Source: Aplysia californica (taxonomy: Eukaryota). Taken from it: 55,845 nucleotides of DNA. The notes under the pieces were generated by a model that saw only the letters and a program-made list of their open reading frames with translations, ran no database searches and had not been told where the DNA came from. Shown piece by piece: positions 48,171 to 55,845 of this stretch. The stretch spans positions 80,759 through 136,603 of the forward strand of contig NW_004797592.1 of assembly GCF_000002075.1 (NCBI RefSeq). Direction: 5' to 3'. Numbering within the stretch: position 1 is the stretch's first letter; each line of letters begins with the position of its first letter. A program made the position numbers and the translations under genes.

Positions 48171-49032
48171 ACTATAACATCGATTTGTCTTTGTTTTCTT
48201 GTACCTGCTCTATGACCTCTTTTGTATTTTTTTTATTTGTGATATACAATGAGTAAAATTTCTTTCTTATCTTCCGTCATTGAGATCGCACGCGTTTCAA
48301 TTTGCTGTCGCTTTTTCATTAACCACTATAGTTAGAGATTACTTCGTTTACAAACCACCAAAAACGTTGCCTTTAAACTACTGAACTATTTCTTTTTTTA
48401 TAAAGCTGATCGAGGCCGTCTCTTTTATTCTATAACAAACCCCGAAAAAAGGGCATGTATGTGTAAAAGGGGAGGGTAGGGGAGGGGCTCTGCCTCTGGA
48501 CCTGTGGGGGGGGGGGGGGGGGGGTTGCCCAGTGTCATGCCCAATAGCGCTTCAAATATTTAGTGTTTAGCACTCTGTTGACCCCCGTTTTTGGGTTTGA
48601 CATAACTGTATCCCCTCCCCCTCCCCCCTCCCCTCTGAAATTTCTGGTTTAGCCCCAGCAACGACACCCTGTACATGTATTGTTATGGTTTTAGTTTTAG
48701 CATAGTACCGTGCTTGCAATAAAAAGTGTGCGGTGTTGAGAATTACTAATGATTATATAGACAGCACCTCTTTTTTTTTGGGGGGGGGGGGGTCGCATAT
48801 GCAGGAAAATCGAGATTGTTTAGGCCTTTTAGAATTAGGCGGCGTATTTAAAAAATCAGAGAGATTCGCCGCTTAGATTGGGTGTAATGAAAAGAGGTGG
48901 AAAAGTTGTCCATTTGGTGTTGTCCGGACTATAATTTTAGTAGCAATGTCATGCTCATACTGTGCCGAAACAACATAGGAGAAACTGGAATATAAACAAC
49001 AATGCTGGTTGTTGTCTTACGTAATTCATGAA

Positions 49033-49190
49033 GGGTCTCGTGGTCTAAAGGTTAAGGTGTTTGCCTCTCTTTCAATAGGTCGTGGGTTCGAATCCGGACA
49101 GCGACGGACAATTTTCTTGGTCATATGACCTCATGCAGTTGCGAGCGCCGTAAAACACTTACAACAAAAAAATAAGAAAAGAAAGAAAAG
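49033..49190 (+). mobile_element. Internally deleted SINE (head + tail only)
   Basis: tRNA head joined directly to tcatatgacctcatgcagttgcgagcgccgtaaaac. Confidence 0.75.
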
Positions 49191-49367
49191 AGCGACAGCC
49201 TCAAACAAAGAACAAGGCAGGTGAATATGTTTATATGTGAACGAGAGGTGGTGCAGCTGCAATAATATTCATGTTTAACTCAAACTGTGTACACCTGACA
49301 TTGAATGTCTGTCTGTTGTTACTACACGTCCGTACTATCTACCAAGGGAATCTTCCCCCCCCCCCCC

Positions 49368-49880
49368 TTTTTTTTTTACGGCACTCGCAACTGCACAATG
49401 TCATATGAGCGCGCGGGACACACTAAACATTTTCATTTGAATTTGATATGAAATTTTGAATTTTGCCCGGGTGGCAGCCGAAGCTTACTCTTATCGATTT
49501 TGAACCACCAAGGGATCTTTAACGTGCACAACTTGCACACGGGACCTCAGAGGTTCTTCGCACTTGTCCGAGAAGACTAGGTGTATATCTTTCCTACCAT
49601 AAGATCAGGGGCTGAAAGACACCAGTAAGAAGGAGCCAAGGAATAGCACTAGAAAAGCTGCAGAAAGAATCAGGAGCCCACAGGAGGGGGCAAAGGAGGT
49701 GTGGGAGTGGGGGCAAAAAATGAAGACGAAAGCAGACGACAGAACAATTTTCGAGAGCAGGAAAGAATGTGAAAGGAGAAAATAATAGAGAAGAGAATAG
49801 TCCGTCGCTGTCCGGATTCGAACCCACGACCTATTGAATGAGAGGCGAACACTTTATAACCTCTAGACCACGAGACCCCC
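49368..49880 (-). mobile_element. Full-length copy of the same tRNA-SINE
   Basis: Reverse-complement alignment to 17791-18316. Confidence 0.85.
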
Positions 49881-50329
49881 CATGAATTAATAATGTAGCC
49901 TACCTAAAATAACAACTAGTATTGTTTATATTCCACCACAAGCCAACGTTACAGTTACCACGGACACTTTGGTCGAAATTATTCATGAACGACAGCCTTC
50001 ATGTCTAGACAATGTAATAATTAACACTAGATTTCTAGGGATTTCAACAAATTAATGATCTTTAACTTCTCCCCTCCCAACTTTTCATCAATATGTTAAT
50101 GTATACCAACCTGTGAGGTAAAAAATATTGACCTATGTTATGTAAATGTTTCTTATGCTTAGAAATGTCTCTACCTCTCCAATAGGAAACTCTAATCATT
50201 GCATGCCTCTTTTATTACCAACGTACAAACCGAAACTAAAATCGTCAAAGCCAATTTTTATTTAAAACGTTGTCACCATCTGAAGTGAAGAAAACAGGGA
50301 AATCCTGAGAGGATGCTTTGAATGCACAA

Positions 50330-51190
50330 ATTGGAATGTTTTTTAAGATTCATGTAATAGTACGGAAGAATTATGTGATACGATTGCTAACTGCAAGAAA
50401 ATAATAAGAGAGAGTAAGCATCCATACGCTACAAAGAAAATTTAGAACAACTCTTCACTTCTAACAACACAAACAAAAAATGACTTGGCAATTTTTTTAA
50501 ACTATAGCTGGGGCTCTCGTGGCCTAGAGGTATTACCTGCTCTCTAGCAATGTTCTGTTGTCTGCTTTCGTTTCCACTTTCTGCCCCCACCCCTCACCTA
50601 CTTTGCCCCCTCCTCTGGGCTCCTGACTCTTTCTGCAGCCTTTCTACTGCTTCTCCTTTGCTCCTCCTTACTGCTGTCTTTCTGCCACACCCCTGATCTT
50701 CTGGGTGGAAAGATCTACACCTAGCCTTCTCGGACAAAGGGCGAAAAATCTCAGAGGGCCCGTGTGCAAGTTGTGCACCTACCAACTGAACATATTAGCC
50801 TAGTAGGTGTGTCCCGCGAGCTCATTTGACCTTATGCAGTTGCGAGCGCCGTAAAAACACTTACCAAAACAAACAAACAAACAAAACTATAGCTGGAGAC
50901 GCATCAAGACGGACAAACATTCCTACACATGACACTAATCCTTTAGATCTATACAGATCTACAGCTGGTCAGAATGCAAACGAACTGAATTCTTTTTACG
51001 CTCGTTTTGAAAACCACGACTTCTCCGACCAGCTGACAATTACAGTGCAATGTCAAAAAGACGATTCAAAGTACCACGCAAACAGCCGAAGACTATGACA
51101 AGAGCAAGGAAATTTTTGTGGTTAATGTTAATGATGTCAAGATCCGTTTAATTATCTGGAAAGCTCACAAAGCGAGAGGACCCGATGGAG
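50330..51190 (+). mobile_element. Rex1/Babar-like LINE fragment interrupted by a SINE
   Basis: ANELNSFYARFENHDFS and KARGPDGV motifs. Confidence 0.6.
50510..50883 (+). mobile_element. SINE copy with two internal deletions (B box lost)
   Basis: TSD aaactatagct on both sides; body nearly identical to the 17791 copy. Confidence 0.85.
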
Positions 51191-51197
51191 TGTGTGC

Positions 51198-51257
<60 letters not shown>

Positions 51258-51280
51258 CTGAGTTTGTGTGTGTGTTTGTG
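51190..51280. repeat. (TG)n microsatellite
   Basis: Directly visible in the sequence. Confidence 0.9.
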
Positions 51281-51319
51281 GGAATGTGTGTATGTGAGAT
51301 AGAAAGTTTTAAAAATTAG

Positions 51320-51477
51320 TTTTTGTAGGAGTTTTACGGCACTAGCAACTCAACTGGGTCATATAAGTGCCGAAGATTAGAGATGTCGAAAAAGAATAAC
51401 AAATACAAAAAGGAAGGAGGGGCATAAGGAAGATAGACGTTTGATAGGAAAGAGGGCACAAATCTAACCAGAGCACT
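51320..51477 (-). mobile_element. Homolog of the 506-687 element
   Basis: Same tail and purine-rich body; runs into an N gap. Confidence 0.65.
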
Positions 51478-53537
51478 NNNNNNNNNNNNNNNNNNNNNNN
51501 NNNNNNNNNNNNNNNNNNNNNNNNNNNNNNNNNNNNNNNNNNNNNNNNNNNNNNNNNNNNNNNNNNNNNNNNNNNNNNNNNNNNNNNNNNNNNNNNNNNN
51601 NNNNNNNNTATCCCCATGTGTGTTACTCAACGATTTTACTTACATTTAAGTTCACGAATCTCGAATACGAAAATCGTGAATTCTCTAGTATCTCAAACAT
51701 AATGCTCGGTCCCATTTCAGTCCCTATGTTTTCTGTGTATTGACTTCACGGAGTTCCCGAACACTCGAAATCTTGACGCAACACTCGAATCTTGAACAAA
51801 TCCACTTCGCATTCTCAACTAAAGACCCGGCTTTGCAGCCTTTCTGTCCGCAGGTAGATGTTTCTTTGTTATTGTAACAGCCAAAATGTGGGGTCCTTGC
51901 CTCACCACGAGAGGCTGAAGGAAGGGGGGACTTACACATGTATTGCTGATGGTAGACATGTTTACCTGTTGTTGAATGCTAACCTCAGGCGGTGGTTAAT
52001 TTGGGGCAAAACCTCGGAAAGTAACTCTCTTTAAAAAAAACTTACGTGCTTTTTATTCTAGAAGTCAAAAGGATCCCAAGATAAGCCTGCATTTGCTACG
52101 ACAGTGACAGCCTGGCACAGGCATCCGAAATGCTTTGGGGGCCGAAAATCTTGGACGTCGGATTCGACAGATTCGTTGCGTTGATTGAATGCGATGTTCG
52201 CTGTTTCTCTTTTTCTTGTTCACAATCCACAATCTTCTACTTTCTAGTCATTACGTTGGGTTTTTGTATGTAGTTCATTATTTGCACTGTTGTTGACTAG
52301 CAAAAGGTTCTGGGGGTTTTTTGTTCCACAATGTATGTGTTCCTTATCGTACCAACAACGAAGAAAACGTCCAAAAAGCAACATGCATACGTATCATTTA
52401 CAAAAGTTAGCTATTACCAAAATATGATTGACCATGCTTGTCTGACAGTCCCACTCCTGCTGGACATCCTACTTTTATCACCGCTGCCGAGACTAGAACG
52501 CTTTCATTCCGTAAGTTTCAGCAAGTGCGGAGATATTCGATGATACGGAATCTAACCGACGACTTCGGCGTACAATGCTAAATGCTTTGCTTATCAATTC
52601 ACAGTATGCACATATGATCGGACCTGAATCGGATTTTAAGTTTAAACTGTCAACACTATCGTGTTTGTTACCAGTTATCTATCTCAGCTAACAGAAGTAG
52701 GGCTTCTTGTTTGGTTTCAGTGATGCTACTGTCTGAAAACAGGGCCGGTTACTGTAGGGTATAGGGTGGAAGTTCAAAATGAAATAATGATATTTTTAGG
52801 AAGAAAAAATACACCTCTCAACCTACACAAATGTTATCCTGAAAATTCCACCTAATGAGATATGTCCTTGTGTTAAGAAGCGTTTCTCTTATCGCTATAT
52901 TATTTTGAATAAAGTATGCCTATGATTGCACTGTTTGAAGCTTTGAGGTAACTTGTTTCCCTTTTTCTTGTGTTATTCTCTTGAAATAAAAGGTATTATC
53001 TCATCATTCCAAACTGCATTCTTATTTCATTTTACATTGTTCTATTGCAAACTGGGATATTGATATAGTGCAGTGGTAGATACTGAAAAAGACGAACATT
53101 GCATTCACCTGTCTGCGTTTGTGAAAAAAAAGTAATAATAATAACAAAGCGAACGCATTTTTCCCCCATTTTCTCAAAACGCGATTTTTTTTATTTTTTT
53201 TGGGGTGGGGGGGGGGGGGTATGGGGTGTTAGTGCAGCGAGATTCGAAGGCTGATTTTAGGATTCCTTTGAAAATTGGCCTCAATGTGGACATATTCGGC
53301 GTAGTTGCAACCTATTAGAGGGGTTTTTTAAATTTATTAAATATTTTTCATATTACTACGTTCTAAATACCTCAGAGGGAGTGATCTGAAAGGAAATTTC
53401 GGTGTTTTAGCAAGTCATATTATGTTAAAATCCAGAATATCTCAACATCAAAAAATTCTCAAACAGGTTGCAACTACTGATACTCTATACTGAGTTTACT
53501 CTGTTCCTTTATAGTTCAGAAAATTATGCCCGCTTTA

Positions 53538-54198
53538 AGGGGTTATGTACACGATACGAGGAATTTTCTGGGGGGTTTGACTTTCTTTCAATTTTTAAAG
53601 GTGATATGGGCTAAGAATAGACTAATTAGAAGAATCATGACGGAATTTGTCAGGTTTTATGAAAAAGTTGGTCTCTATAGCGGCCTTCTTGGATGTTTTG
53701 CCATGTTGCGGGGGAAATCGTTTTCCACAGAAAATATTATACTTCAATCCTCAAACTTTACACACATATTAACAAACAAATTATCTGTGGTCATTGGCTT
53801 TGACTTTTTCCGTATCATAAAAACAACACAAATAGTGATACATGTATATCACTGGACCAGCACCGAAAAAAACGAGTATGATGAGAAAAAATCAGGAATA
53901 TTTTAAAAAGTAAAACATATTTCACAAAATCCCTGCCTACGATCTCAGAACTTTTTATACAGCACCTGAAACTGAAAAACGATTTTCCCCGCGCGATCAC
54001 CATAGTGAAAAAGTACTTTTTGAGAAAAACGCAAAAAAGATTGGAAAACGTCAAAGTTTAAAAATCTACTGTCTTGAACGCGATAAATTAGATATTTTTT
54101 AAAACGTTGGCGCATTTTTCTGATGGAATTTATCAGGCTATTGATGGTTCATTTTTCTTCTGAAGTTAGCTTTCAGAAACAGGTGCGCATGACTACCT
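53538..54198. mobile_element. Possible Kolobok-like non-autonomous element
   Basis: ttaaggggttatgtacac ... gtgcgcatgactacctt imperfect TIRs. Confidence 0.4.
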
Positions 54199-54679
54199 TC
54201 ATTAATCTTTTATACCTGCCCGTGACCAGATACGTACAAATCAGATGAATCATTTAGTGACATTCCGAGATAACGTCAACACACAGTGCGTGCGTGCGTG
54301 TGTATGTACATTAATTGGTTATGTGTGTTGGTGTGTGTTTATGTATGTATGTGTGTGCATGTATATATAGGTGTGTGTGTGGGGGGGGGGGGGGGTGAGT
54401 GTGNNNNNNNNNNNNNNNNNNNNNNNNNNNNNNNNNNNNNNNNNNNNNNNNNNNNNNNNNNNNNNNNNNNNNNNNNNNNNNNNNNNNNNNNNNNNNNNNN
54501 NNNNNNNNNNNNNNNNNNNNNNNNNNNNNNNNNNNNNNNNNNNNNNNNNTGACGGAATTCAAACAAGTGCTCACATTTTAAAAGCCGTAGACAGCACAGT
54601 AAATTGATTTAGCAAAATGAGGACTACACCAATGGATTTAGTTTTACAAAGTCTTAGAAGAGAGTCCCACTATTCTTAC

Positions 54680-55660
54680 AGAAGTTCTGGGCTGTCAAAG
54701 AATGTGCTCTGTGTGGCGGCAGTCACGAGTGCAAGTCTCCTTTGCTCGCGCTGAAACGTGATTAATTACCTTCTCGCACTGCTCACGCAGATTTTGTCGA
54801 GCAATGTGTTTTACGTTTTGCTTCAATTCACAAGGGGTGGAAAAAGTCTGACCACACATCTAATCTTTAAGTCTCTAAGGAAGTCCCATGGTTGGAAGTC
54901 CATAGGCTCAGGTAGGAATACTGTCAAGTTCTGGCACAACCTATCCCGCGACTTTTGTTGAAGTGATTCTGGTTCCACTCAATGACCACAGCTGCAGTGT
55001 GCAGAGTTGCTCCCTCTTGCTTGAACAACTGATGTTTCCGCTCCTGATCTCCAACAAAATTTTCTCAGTGATCTTCGAAACAGATTCAAAATCTTCAGAC
55101 AACGATCTGCTGTCACTGTTTTGTTACAGCACCATCGTCTTTTACCATGAAACAGCCCGGACCAATTAATTAATCTGCACTGACTCGATTCAACCCTCCC
55201 TGTAGCATTGTGGGTGCGCAGGTTTCGGTAAACGACGTTGTCTGGGTTTTTTTTCTGAACTCCAGTAAATGTGAATTCTTGGGTTCACGTCTCCGTTCAG
55301 ATAGAAGTGGACTTCATCGCCAAACCACTCTTTCCATGAATGAATAGGCCTATTATTAGCACGGCTCCTCAAAAACGATCGACACATTTTGATCCGTTCC
55401 CTGGTGTATTCACATAAAATACCGTTGTAATTGTATATCAAATTATGACAAGCCTTCAAATGGAGATTGTGTCTCAAAATTTATGTAAACAAAATTTATG
55501 AAAGGTGGAGCTCAACACTCCGACGACGCACGTACTGGTGTCTTTGGCGTGGCCTCCTCAGAGCGCCGAACAGCGTCAATGTTCAATGTTCTCCTTGCTA
55601 ATCTGTCCTCAGAGAAATTCGCGCCCGCAACCCTCAAGTTGCGCGCGCAACTTTTCTTTT
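54680..55660 (-). mobile_element. Tc1/mariner-superfamily transposase remnant (DEAHFxLNGxVN type)
   Basis: WFGDEVHFYLNGDVNPRIHIYWSSEK; FKQEGATLHTA; degenerate DLSP.DF..W. Confidence 0.75.
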
Positions 55661-55845
55661 ACGATTTTTCGTGAATTCGCTAATTTTAGCCAATTCCCCG
55701 CAAAATTCGGAAAAATAATAATAAAATTTCATTAAAAACACCGAAATTTTCTTCCACGACTAAAAATAACGTCGCCAAGGGGGACAATTCGCTTCTTTAC
55801 ACTTTGCACTAGCCTACGAGTGCCCGCCGCCGCCCAGTGCAGTGA

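Noticed and set aside
51724-51939. Cys-rich minus-strand ORF resembling a THAP domain
   Set aside because: Lacks the full C2CH/AVP signature and has no splice support.

Overview
Eukaryotic scaffold window (AT-rich, spliceosomal introns, microsatellites, six N gaps), most likely from an invertebrate and plausibly a gastropod mollusc; the taxon is an inference. Two complete plus-strand multi-exon genes can be built by hand. (1) A 303-aa metal-dependent cyclase-family (KynB/isatin hydrolase-like) protein with 4 coding exons at 195-12798, carrying a signal peptide and a GPI-like hydrophobic tail. (2) A 269-aa PRXL2C/AAED1-like thioredoxin-fold protein with 7 coding exons at 24880-42207, in which the CxxC motif is replaced by DFIA. 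The rest is transposon-rich: a nearly intact Ingi/I-group LINE, decayed Ingi, L2, Rex1/Babar and RTE pieces, Tc1, mariner and Sola remnants, MITEs, tRNA-SINEs, and several unrelated short elements that share one 3' hairpin tail. No prokaryote-type system (CRISPR or operon) is present. Repeat boundaries are approximate.
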